Origin: Oscillospiraceae bacterium
Lineage (GTDB): Bacteria; Bacillota; Clostridia; UBA1212; SIG427
Length of the DNA: 64,000 nt
Direction: 5' to 3'
Assembly (NCBI GenBank): GCA_015069135.1
Contig: SVJE01000002.1
Coordinates: 105,953-169,952 of the forward strand
Part shown: positions 28,488-36,891 of the stretch, one piece after another
Numbering within the stretch: the first letter of the stretch is position 1
Layout: each line of letters starts with the position of its first letter
The notes under the pieces: generated by a model
Databases searched by the model: none
What the model saw: only the letters and a program-made list of their open reading frames with translations
What the model was told of the DNA's origin: nothing
Translations under genes and position numbers: made by a program

Positions 28488-28625
28488 ATGGGTTGCTTTA
28501 ATTTTGATTGTGAGTGGGTAATCTGGGTTATTTTAATCCTTGCCATTCTTACTATCCTGAGCAATTGCTACGATAATGGCTGTGGTTGTGGCCGTGGACG
28601 TGACAATGACTCCTGTGGCTGCTAA
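28488..28625 (+). CDS. Small (45-aa) Cys-rich membrane peptide MGCFNFDCEWVIWVILILAILTILSNCYDNGCGCGRGRDNDSCGC
   Basis: GGAGGT RBS 7 nt upstream. One TM helix plus a Cys/Gly-rich tail. Followed by an intrinsic terminator at 28636-28680. Absent from the ORF track because it is shorter than 60 aa. Confidence 0.35.
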   Translation: MGCFNFDCEWVIWVILILAILTILSNCYDNGCGCGRGRDNDSCGC

Positions 28626-28730
28626 TGATTAAAGTCACAAACACCCCCTTGGGCATCTTGCCCCTGGGGGTTTGTTTTGTTATAATAAAGATTAGTAAAT
28701 TTTACTATTCGTATAAAGGAGAGCAAATAT

Positions 28731-30638
28731 ATGAAAGACCGTTGGGAATTAAGAAAAAATGAGATAGTCTGGAAAGTTAAAGAAGGCGCTCATGTTGATA
28801 ATATTGAAATGGCAGGCCGTAAGATGGCAACTGTTGTTTATTATGGTGTGGATGAAGAAGGTAAGCTTGATTTAAAGAAAAGAGTATTTTACCCAACACT
28901 CCGTATGATTCCTAACCATACTCATGCATCATGTGCAAGAGAGTACAGCAAAGAAGAATATCTTAAGTTTGCTATCATGGGAAATGAGATTAAGGAGATG
29001 CCTTATGAAGTAAGAATTTCCGGCATGTTGACAATTTATTCCCGTGACAGCGAGAGAAAACTTAAGATTACAAGAATGATTTTCCCGTCAATTGATAAAA
29101 TGGCATATATTGAGCATACAACAGTTCAGAATATTTCAAACGATATTCAGGTTGTATCTTGTAACATGTTCAGTAACACTGTTTATGAAAGAGGTACAAA
29201 AGGCGTTTATGCTTTAGAAGTTGATACAAAGGGTCCTCAGACAGTTACTCTTAAAGTTGGTGAAACCGTATCTTACGATACAGTTTTTACAGCAAGAAAG
29301 CTTGTTGAAAAACGTCCTGAAGTTAACGGTGTTAAAGAGATGACAAGAAGAAAAGAATTTGTAAATGATATTTTTACAAAGAGTCTTGTACTTGAATCAG
29401 AAGATCCGATTCTTGACTGCGAATTTAACTTCTCTAAACTCCGTATTACAGAGAGTATTTTTGATACAATGCATGGCCCGATGCATGGTCCAGGCGGACA
29501 GGCTTATTACGCTGCTATTTGGGCTAACGATGAGGCTGAGTACGCAGCTCCTTATTTTGGATTTGCGGGTAACGACTATGCAGATGAAGCTACAATTAAT
29601 GTAATGAAGTTATACAGACCATTCATGCATCCTGAAATGTATCACATCCCTGCTTCTATTATTTCAGAGGGTAATGATATCTGGGAGGCTCCCGGCGATT
29701 TAGGTGATGCATCCATGTATCTTTATGGTATGACAAGATTCCTTTTACAGAAGGGCGATATCGAGCTTGCAAAAGAGTACTTTGATACAATTGACTGGTG
29801 TGTACGCTTTGCAGCTACAAAAGAAAATGAGCATCATGTAATTGAATCTGATGCAGATGAACTTGAGAACAGACTCCCTTCCGGTAACGCAAACTTGCTT
29901 AACAACAGTTTGACTTATGGTGGTCTTATGGGTGCTTACTACATTGCAAAAGACTTAGGCTTAGAAGAAAAAGCAGCTGAGTACAGAGATTTTGCTGCAA
30001 GAGTAAGAGAGGGTATTGAGAACCACTTCGGTGGTGAAATTGATGGTTACCATACATATATGTACTTTAACGGATGTGACGTTTTAAGATCATACATGTG
30101 TGCACCTCTTACAGTAGGTATCTACGACAGAAAAGAAGGTACAGCAAATGCATTGTTAGAAAAGCTCTGGACAGAAAATGGTCTCTTGTCAGCGCAGGAC
30201 AACGAAATGTTCTGGGATAGATCTACCTTGTATGCTCTTCGTGGTATTTTCAGCGCGGGTATGTGTGAAAAAGGTTACAAGCACCTTAACGAATACAATC
30301 ACCAGAGACTTTTAGGTGACCATGTTCCATATCCTATTGAAGCATGGCCGGAAGGAAACCAGAGACACTTGTCTGCTGAAGGTGGTCTCTATGCAAGAAT
30401 TATTATTGAAGGTATGTTTGGTATTAACCCAACAGGATTCAGAAGTTTTACTATTGCTCCTTCAATTCCCGCTCGTCAGGGTAGAATGGCTCTTCGCCGT
30501 ATTAAAGCTTTCGGTGGATGTTTCGATGTTGAAATTGAACGCTCCGGCAAGAAGTACGAAGTTAAGGTTGTAAATGCTGATGGTGTAGAACAGAACTTTA
30601 TTGTTCCGTTGGAAGGTAGTATCGAGGTTACTATTTAA
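28731..30638 (+). CDS. Uncharacterised ~635-aa cytoplasmic carbohydrate-enzyme-like protein (paralogue B of 12846..14762)
   Basis: Roughly 35 to 40% identity with paralogue A across the full length. AAGGAG RBS. Confidence 0.35.
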   Translation: MKDRWELRKNEIVWKVKEGAHVDNIEMAGRKMATVVYYGVDEEGKLDLKKRVFYPTLRMIPNHTHASCAREYSKEEYLKFAIMGNEIKEMPYEVRISGMLTIYSRDSERKLKITRMIFPSIDKMAYIEHTTVQNISNDIQVVSCNMFSNTVYERGTKGVYALEVDTKGPQTVTLKVGETVSYDTVFTARKLVEKRPEVNGVKEMTRRKEFVNDIFTKSLVLESEDPILDCEFNFSKLRITESIFDTMHGPMHGPGGQAYYAAIWANDEAEYAAPYFGFAGNDYADEATINVMKLYRPFMHPEMYHIPASIISEGNDIWEAPGDLGDASMYLYGMTRFLLQKGDIELAKEYFDTIDWCVRFAATKENEHHVIESDADELENRLPSGNANLLNNSLTYGGLMGAYYIAKDLGLEEKAAEYRDFAARVREGIENHFGGEIDGYHTYMYFNGCDVLRSYMCAPLTVGIYDRKEGTANALLEKLWTENGLLSAQDNEMFWDRSTLYALRGIFSAGMCEKGYKHLNEYNHQRLLGDHVPYPIEAWPEGNQRHLSAEGGLYARIIIEGMFGINPTGFRSFTIAPSIPARQGRMALRRIKAFGGCFDVEIERSGKKYEVKVVNADGVEQNFIVPLEGSIEVTI

Positions 30639-30640
30639 TT

Positions 30641-31147
30641 ATGAGAAAATTTTGGAATGTACAGAACAAGGTGTTACGCCTTGTTCTGTTGGCTTTATTT
30701 ACGGCAGCGATTGCTGTGACAACTGCATATTTATCAATACCTAATGGTTTTGGAGGATATATTCATTTAGGAGACGGCATTATATTTATGTCAGCAATGC
30801 TTTTAGGTCCTGCCGGCGCCATTTCTGCAGGTGTGGGATCCGGTCTTGCAGATCTCTTGGTAGGATACGGAATGTATGCACCGGTTACACTTGTTATAAA
30901 GTGTATTATGGGATTGCTTGTAGGTTGTTTCTATAGCAGAAAAGGTAATGCAATGTCATTTCTTGTGAATATAGGACTGTTCATACTGGCTGAAGTTGTT
31001 ATGGTAGTAGGGTATTTTGGTTACGAAGTTATTCTGTATGGTTTTGAGGGTGCACTGGCAGGTGTTCCGGCCAATGCAATACAGGCTGTCGCCGGGATTG
31101 CAATTGGGGCTGTATTTACTCCCTTTGTTAAAAAAATAAAACTGTAA
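30641..31147 (+). CDS. Small polytopic membrane protein, ECF-transporter S-component-like
   Basis: 168 aa with five or six TM helices. Starts 3 bp after the paralogue B stop, which implies translational coupling. Followed by an intrinsic terminator at 31164-31208. Confidence 0.35.
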   Translation: MRKFWNVQNKVLRLVLLALFTAAIAVTTAYLSIPNGFGGYIHLGDGIIFMSAMLLGPAGAISAGVGSGLADLLVGYGMYAPVTLVIKCIMGLLVGCFYSRKGNAMSFLVNIGLFILAEVVMVVGYFGYEVILYGFEGALAGVPANAIQAVAGIAIGAVFTPFVKKIKL

Positions 31148-31307
31148 AAGTGTATTTTTTATAAAAATCGATTCAATTTTTGTTTTTGAATCGGTTTTTT
31201 TTATTTTCTAATAATTACAAAGTGCCCGGAAAATCGACATTTTAAATGGCATGAAAGAAAAATATAAAAAATTTTAAAAAAAATCAAAAAAATTTGTCAA
31301 AAAGGTA

Positions 31308-31335
31308 TTGACATTTTTTTAACGTGTGTTATAAT
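31308..31335 (+). promoter_or_regulatory. Near-consensus sigma-A promoter: TTGACA-16-TGtTATAAT (extended -10) with an A-tract UP-like region upstream
   Basis: Read directly from the sequence. No protein-coding gene follows on this strand. Confidence 0.6.
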
Positions 31336-31341
31336 GTAACC

Positions 31342-31850
31342 AGAAACAAGGAAAGAGAGGAACGGTCCAATGTACTAGGTAGTAATTAATATTCATAGAA
31401 GGTGGAAATAAGAACTTTAAATCTGAAGACTCCTTAGGTTTTTAAAATGAACGTTAACCGCGATTACATAGATTAAGTTCTTGATGGACATACAAATATA
31501 AACTGAACGTCAGATTTAGTTTGATAATGAAACCGGATGAATATTAGAAATCAAAAACAGGCAGTCAACCTTAACAACATAGATTACATGAAAGCCAGGG
31601 AATTCTCCTTCGAGAAAAAAATGATTACCAGTTGTGTTTGAAGAGTTGTAACGGTGATGTAAAGGATGACAAATCAGTTTAGTTGGTTAGTAGGAAGTAG
31701 TACAGAAAAGAAAGGAAGAAGATCGTAGTAAGCAAGTAACAAGTGAAAGCTTAGAAAGAGAGGATAACAAAAGATGTTAGATATCAAAAGTGAACAGAAA
31801 TAACCCTTGATTGCGAGAAGTAAAAAGCAATCAAGGGTTATTTCTTTTTA
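31342..31850 (+). ncRNA. Candidate ~500-nt purine-rich non-coding RNA (strong promoter to intrinsic terminator, no ORF of 60 aa or more and no RBS-led small ORF)
   Basis: Terminator AACCCTTGATTGC...GCAATCAAGGGTT plus a T-run at 31802-31850; it is bidirectional and also terminates the convergent minus-strand gene. Confidence 0.35.
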
Positions 31851-31869
31851 TCGTTAAATTTTTTTAAAA

Positions 31870-33834
31870 TCAAACCGGAGCAGGTGGAGGCTCCACCGCC
31901 TCGCCATTACTATGGACACCTTCAGCCTCAAGTGTTTCATCCTCTCCCAGATAACACTTCTTAAGATGCGCCACATATCCTGGCATGGAATAGCCATAAC
32001 TTACCAGCTGGCCCTGACAACCACGGTCTGGCATCATTTCACACATTTTAACCATATAATCTTCAGCATATTTAAGAGCTTCTTCTAAAGCTTTTCTCAC
32101 ATGATCAGGTTCCTCGCTGTCACGAATTTTATTCATGGAATCAATAACATCCAAGTGAATAAGAGATGTTTCGTATCGGTTTATTAAGAAACGAATCAGC
32201 TCAATACCGTCTTTGGAAATATTACCAGAAACCTCTAATATTTTATTAAGTTCATCCAAAATTTCTTTCATGCCTACACGGGCTTTCTGTGTATTTTCTT
32301 TAGTCCAGCCGCGGATCCAGTTAATACCGAAGTGGTTTGTCCAGCAAGGTAGGAAACAGAAACCTATGTTAAATAAATAATCACGACAGAAAATATCCAG
32401 CTCCCCGGCTTTGTACATGGTAGAGGCAAACATTTTACCGTTAATGCCAAAACTTTCAGCATAGTTTTCATACCAGATATTAACATCCACATATTCGCGG
32501 GTAACCGCTGCAGAGTAGGCTAGTGCCACACGATTCTCCTCTGTACGCCAATGATTAAAATACATAGCATGAATTGAATCCGCACCTGTAAATTCTTTCA
32601 GCCATTCCACATTACGACCGATTGCATTAGAAGCATTTTGTGAAATATACATATTGCCGTCAAATTCAACCCAGGAGTGAAGTACTGTTTTCTGGAAGTC
32701 CTCCGGTTCAAACTCCATGTCCTTAGCCACCATTATTACTGCTTCTGCACCATGAGCCGGCAGGAATGTACGAATCATGTCAGCTGGCAAAAGCTTGTCC
32801 ATTATGCGCTTAACCACATAAAGAGTTTCCCGATCCAATACATAAAGACCTACGCGAACAGGCACCGTCTTTATATACCTAAGCTGATTTATGGCCCTCT
32901 TTAAAGATTCCAGTGTGCCACAAATTTCTCCTGCATGGGTTTTCTGACTTTCATTAAGTCCCGGCAACGTGCCGTCTTCATTAAGAACCTTTTCACCAAA
33001 CAATTCTACAGCAAACTTTTTAATGTCTTCTGTTTTGTTGTAGTTTACGCTACTTGTACCACCACACTCAGGGGTGATAAGCTCCAGCATATCAATTAAA
33101 GGATAAAAGTCCAGGGCTTCTCTGGTAACATTCCAGTCTTCCGCAGGCTCTACGGACAAAGTGATGTGAAGACCACACTGGTAAGCAGTTTCCATAAGCT
33201 TGTTAAGCCATTTTACCGCAAACTTACCAACAGCTTCTTCTTGCCCGTAAAGGGCTTCACACTCGGGAATCATATAGTAATTGTCGTTGTTTACGGTCTC
33301 TCTTACACAGTCATAATCAGGTAGCTGATGAATACGTCCGTAGAAAAAATGCCCCGGGTTGTTGTGCCACATACCGTCATAGCTGTGGAAAGTAATTGCA
33401 TTCATTCCCATGCGGGCAAGAGAACGTATGTATTCCTGTGCCTCCTCGATGTGGTATGAAGAAATATCCATAGGAAAGTTTATGTGCTGGCGAATACCAC
33501 GAAGTCTTACGAAAGGCTTGATAACTTCGCTTTTACCCTGAATTTTGGTAAAATCCAACTTTTCAGGGTATCTTGTTTTTGTGTCGAAAACTATACCGGC
33601 CTTTTCAAGAACCAGATACATAGCTAAAAGCACTTCATTTTCTCTGGGACCTTTCATTAAAATGGTGTTGGCCTGAGTAAAATCATACCCGTAGCTGTAC
33701 TCATCCATATTCTCATCAGGCTGTAAAATAAAAGTAATGTCAGGATGCTTTGCACATACAGTTTCAATATGCATTTTAAGTTCCTTTTCTGCATACACTC
33801 CTATTTGACCGATGGTGTTGTTTATTATTTTCAT
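31870..33834 (-). CDS. Hypothetical 654-aa protein, possibly a TIM-barrel glycoside hydrolase (family undetermined)
   Basis: Cytoplasmic. RGIRQHINFPMD...MGMNAITFHS is loosely reminiscent of GH20/GH84-type barrels. This is a weak call. Confidence 0.25.
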   Translation of the reverse strand: MKIINNTIGQIGVYAEKELKMHIETVCAKHPDITFILQPDENMDEYSYGYDFTQANTILMKGPRENEVLLAMYLVLEKAGIVFDTKTRYPEKLDFTKIQGKSEVIKPFVRLRGIRQHINFPMDISSYHIEEAQEYIRSLARMGMNAITFHSYDGMWHNNPGHFFYGRIHQLPDYDCVRETVNNDNYYMIPECEALYGQEEAVGKFAVKWLNKLMETAYQCGLHITLSVEPAEDWNVTREALDFYPLIDMLELITPECGGTSSVNYNKTEDIKKFAVELFGEKVLNEDGTLPGLNESQKTHAGEICGTLESLKRAINQLRYIKTVPVRVGLYVLDRETLYVVKRIMDKLLPADMIRTFLPAHGAEAVIMVAKDMEFEPEDFQKTVLHSWVEFDGNMYISQNASNAIGRNVEWLKEFTGADSIHAMYFNHWRTEENRVALAYSAAVTREYVDVNIWYENYAESFGINGKMFASTMYKAGELDIFCRDYLFNIGFCFLPCWTNHFGINWIRGWTKENTQKARVGMKEILDELNKILEVSGNISKDGIELIRFLINRYETSLIHLDVIDSMNKIRDSEEPDHVRKALEEALKYAEDYMVKMCEMMPDRGCQGQLVSYGYSMPGYVAHLKKCYLGEDETLEAEGVHSNGEAVEPPPAPV

Positions 33835-33886
33835 TTGTTTTTCCTCCGGTAAAAATATCTGGGTCTATAGTAACATAATTCAGGGA

Positions 33887-34115
33887 AAATTACACTGACA
33901 AATTAGATGTTTTTAAGAAATTTAGCAGTAATTACACTGACAAAGATACTAGAAAGCAAGTACTTTAGCAGTGTAATCGCCATGAAATTTGGATAAAAAG
34001 CTTAAAATATACCAAATTCGGGACATTTTACACTGATAAAAAATGTTTGAGAACCGATTTGTCAGTGTAATTACTGCTAAATTTAAAGAATCTAAAAGTT
34101 TTGTCAGTGTAATTT
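33887..34115. repeat. ~230-bp imperfect palindrome (inverted duplication centred near 34001) carrying six copies of the motif TTACACTGACAAA / TTTGTCAGTGTAA in a mirror arrangement
   Basis: 33918-33941 is the exact reverse complement of 34061-34084. 33887-33903 pairs with 34099-34115, and the inner copies at about 33963 and about 34029 are also mirror-symmetric. Confidence 0.7.
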
Positions 34116-34126
34116 ACTAACTTACT

Positions 34127-35959
34127 TTGAAATGGTACAATATATTTGTTATGAGTAAAATTTCAGGTGATTTAAATTCAATAAAAAACTCAACTCTTGA
34201 ATATATGGAAGAGTACATTGATGTTGTCTGGAATCCGGGAAGCTTTTTACCGGAAGAAGTGCTTAACATGATGGAAGCCGTAACTTTGGAAACAGGCAGA
34301 GAAGTTGCTGTTGCCATTGACCGTAAAAATAGAGTCCTTTCCATAGGTATAGGTGACGAAAAATCTGTAGCTCTTTCAGAAAACGATCTTCGTCGTGGTG
34401 AAAAAAGACTTTCAGGTGTAAGACTTCTTCACACCCATCCCAACGGTAGCATACTTCCTTCAAGTGTGGATATAAATTCATTGAAAGCTATGCGCTATGA
34501 TGCCATGGTGGTAATTGCCGTTACAGAAAGAGATACTTTTAAAGGTATAAACGGTGCCAGTGTAACTTTACCATTAAGAGACGACAAAGGTCTTTTCACA
34601 GGACATGAAACCATAGGTCCTGAACCCAGAAGAAAGTTTGAGAATTTTGACAGTCTTTTTGATAAAATCAAAGAAATAGACAAAGACAGTACCGATATAG
34701 TAGATACTGTGGACAATGAAGCGGAAAAAGCTATTGTGGTAGGCGTGTTGGATATACGAAAAAACTACGAAGTGGATCCATTGGCAGAGCTTAAAGAACT
34801 TGCAAAATCTGCAGGTGCCAATGTGGTTGGTGAAGTTACCCAGAGAAGAGATGCTCCCGACAGTAAGTACTATATAGGCGGAGGTATTGCAAGAGAGCTG
34901 GCTTTACAGCGTCAGGCCTTAGGTGCTACCATGATAATTTTCGACGATGAACTTTCACCTTCACAGATACGTAATCTTGAAGACGTAACCGGGGCAAGAG
35001 TTATAGACAGAACAGCCCTTATACTTGATATATTTGCAGCTCGCGCCAATTCTACGGAAGGCCGTCTTCAGGTTGAACTTGCTCAGCAAAAATACAGACT
35101 GCCAAGACTTACAGGTCGTGGCATTGCTTTGTCCCGATTAGGTGGCGGCATTGGTACCAGGGGTCCCGGTGAAAGCAAACTTACCACAGATAGAAAACAT
35201 ATAGGACGTCGAATACATTACTTAGAATCTGCACTTAAAAATGTGACTGCCCGTCGAGAACTGATGAGAAAAGAGCGTTCCAGGAAAGAAGTTCCTACTA
35301 TAGCGTTGGTAGGTTATACAAACGTAGGTAAATCCACATTGCTGAATGTTTTGTGTGAAGCAGATATATACGCAGAAGACAAACTCTTTGCAACATTGGA
35401 TCCATCTGTCCGTAAAATGGTAACAGAAGAAAAAACAGAATATCTTATTATTGACACTGTAGGATTTATAAACAAGCTTCCTCACGGAATAGTGGAAGCT
35501 TTTAAGTCCACTTTGGAAGAAGCTGTATACGCAGATTTACTTTTGGTAGTAATCTCAGCAGACGACCCGGATCCTGAGGGTCAGCTTTCTATCGTAGAAG
35601 ACATATTGGAACAAATTGGTGCAGGAGGTAAACCTCGATATTTAGTTATAAACAAAATGGACAGGGCAGTTCCTGATTTTGATTTTTACCCTGCAGGTGC
35701 CTACGGAAAAATATTTAATGTTTCAGCAAAATCCGGGGTGGGAATAGAAAAACTAAAAGAAGGCATAACCGGATATTTTACCAGAGCAGAAATGAAGTTC
35801 GATATTGTTGTTCCTTATTCTGATGGCAAAATGCAAGCTTTTGTTCATAGTAACTGCGCTATTACTAATGAAGAATATGTGGATGAAGGGGTACATTTTA
35901 CAGGCAGAATAAAACCGGAACTTTTCTATAAACTGGAGGGCTATAAGTATGAAGGGTGA
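34127..35959 (+). CDS. hflX: GTPase HflX with a ~190-aa N-terminal extension containing a JAB/MPN (RadC-like) HxHx7Sx2D motif
   Basis: The HflX N-domain begins near AEKAIVVGVLDIRKN. G1 motif LVGYTNVGKST. The N-terminal LLHTHPNGSILPSSVDI matches the JAMM/RadC signature. Confidence 0.8.
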   Translation: MKWYNIFVMSKISGDLNSIKNSTLEYMEEYIDVVWNPGSFLPEEVLNMMEAVTLETGREVAVAIDRKNRVLSIGIGDEKSVALSENDLRRGEKRLSGVRLLHTHPNGSILPSSVDINSLKAMRYDAMVVIAVTERDTFKGINGASVTLPLRDDKGLFTGHETIGPEPRRKFENFDSLFDKIKEIDKDSTDIVDTVDNEAEKAIVVGVLDIRKNYEVDPLAELKELAKSAGANVVGEVTQRRDAPDSKYYIGGGIARELALQRQALGATMIIFDDELSPSQIRNLEDVTGARVIDRTALILDIFAARANSTEGRLQVELAQQKYRLPRLTGRGIALSRLGGGIGTRGPGESKLTTDRKHIGRRIHYLESALKNVTARRELMRKERSRKEVPTIALVGYTNVGKSTLLNVLCEADIYAEDKLFATLDPSVRKMVTEEKTEYLIIDTVGFINKLPHGIVEAFKSTLEEAVYADLLLVVISADDPDPEGQLSIVEDILEQIGAGGKPRYLVINKMDRAVPDFDFYPAGAYGKIFNVSAKSGVGIEKLKEGITGYFTRAEMKFDIVVPYSDGKMQAFVHSNCAITNEEYVDEGVHFTGRIKPELFYKLEGYKYEG

Positions 35960-36563
35960 TTATATTACTTTGAAACAAAGGGCTTCCGATGAGTTTGTGG
36001 AGAAAAAATCAAGATTTATAGGGTATGCTTGCCCTGTGGAAACTGAGGAGCAGGCGGTAGCTTTTATAAATGAAATAAGAACCAAGCACAGAGATGCAAG
36101 ACATAATGTGTATGCTTACATAGTTAATAATAATGGTGTGGTTAATCAGAGATACTCAGATGATGGAGAACCTCAAGGCACAGGTGGTATGCCGGTTATG
36201 GATGTTATTATGAAGCAGGGATTGGTTAACTGTTGTGTGGTGGTTACCAGATATTTTGGCGGGATTCTGTTGGGGGCTTCCGGTCTTGTGAGAGCATACA
36301 GTCATGGAGCATCTATTGCGGTGGAGGCAGCAGGTATTCTTAAGGTAATTGAATGTAAGAAGTTGAAGGTGATAGTGCCATATGGTATTTATGACAGACT
36401 CATGTCTTATTTTGTACCTTTTGGATACACACAGATTTCTGCAGATTTCAGTACGGAAGTAGCAGTGGTTTATGATATCCCTGCAGGGGAGGTTGAGGCG
36501 AGACAGGCTGAAATTATAGATATGACCAACGGCAGGGCTATTGTAGAAATTTTAAAAGATTAA
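35949..36563 (+). CDS. yigZ: IMPACT/YigZ family protein
   Basis: FVEKKSRFIGYACPVETEEQAVAFINEIRTKHRDARHNVYAY is typical of YigZ/UPF0029. Confidence 0.75.
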   Translation: MKGDYITLKQRASDEFVEKKSRFIGYACPVETEEQAVAFINEIRTKHRDARHNVYAYIVNNNGVVNQRYSDDGEPQGTGGMPVMDVIMKQGLVNCCVVVTRYFGGILLGASGLVRAYSHGASIAVEAAGILKVIECKKLKVIVPYGIYDRLMSYFVPFGYTQISADFSTEVAVVYDIPAGEVEARQAEIIDMTNGRAIVEILKD

Positions 36564-36596
36564 AGATGGCATTATCCAACTTTTTTTATAAAAGTA

Positions 36597-36795
36597 ATGA
36601 GTAAGGGTTGGATATTTCTCGTGATTTCCAACCTATTCTCGTATTGAAGCGTGAAAAGGTTGGACTTTTTTGTTGTTTTTTGCAATATTTGTGATTTTAC
36701 TCCAACCTTTTTTGTACGTAACACCTAAACAGGTAGGAAAAAACACGTTTTCTGCCTACCCTTTGGCGCTTGCTTTAGATAAAAGGTTGGACGAA
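36597..36795 (+). repeat. Five alternating complementary segments (GGTTGGA / TCCAACC / AGGTTGGA / TCCAACC / AGGTTGGA), each followed by a T-run, upstream of yebC
   Basis: Read directly from the sequence. This could be a set of alternative hairpins (terminator/antiterminator-like) or a REP-like repeat. Confidence 0.4.
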
Positions 36796-36891
36796 GTTGT
36801 AATTTTCATAGCAAGTTGAAAAATTTTTTTCATTAATATATAATATGTTTTTGTGAAATAAAAACGCACTTAATCTTAGGAGGTTGAATTT

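Noticed and set aside
26218-28625. Radical SAM plus Cys-rich peptide as a sactipeptide/RiPP cluster
   Set aside because: The radical-SAM protein has an HhH tail and no SPASM domain, and it is paired with DUF4130. The peptide's N-terminus is a TM helix rather than a leader, and no transporter or protease genes are present.
31342-31800. Small ORFs (9 to 34 codons) within the purine-rich region, e.g. MNIRNQKQAVNLNNIDYMKAREFSFEKKMITSCV
   Set aside because: None has a plausible Shine-Dalgarno sequence at the right spacing, so I favour a non-coding transcript. These remain low-probability micro-ORFs.
33887-34115. The TTACACTGACAAA array considered as a CRISPR-like array, or as a CIRCE (HrcA) element
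   Set aside because: The copies are in mirrored orientations with irregular spacing, and no cas genes are present. The CIRCE half-site match is only 7/9 and the halves are about 120 bp apart rather than 9 bp.
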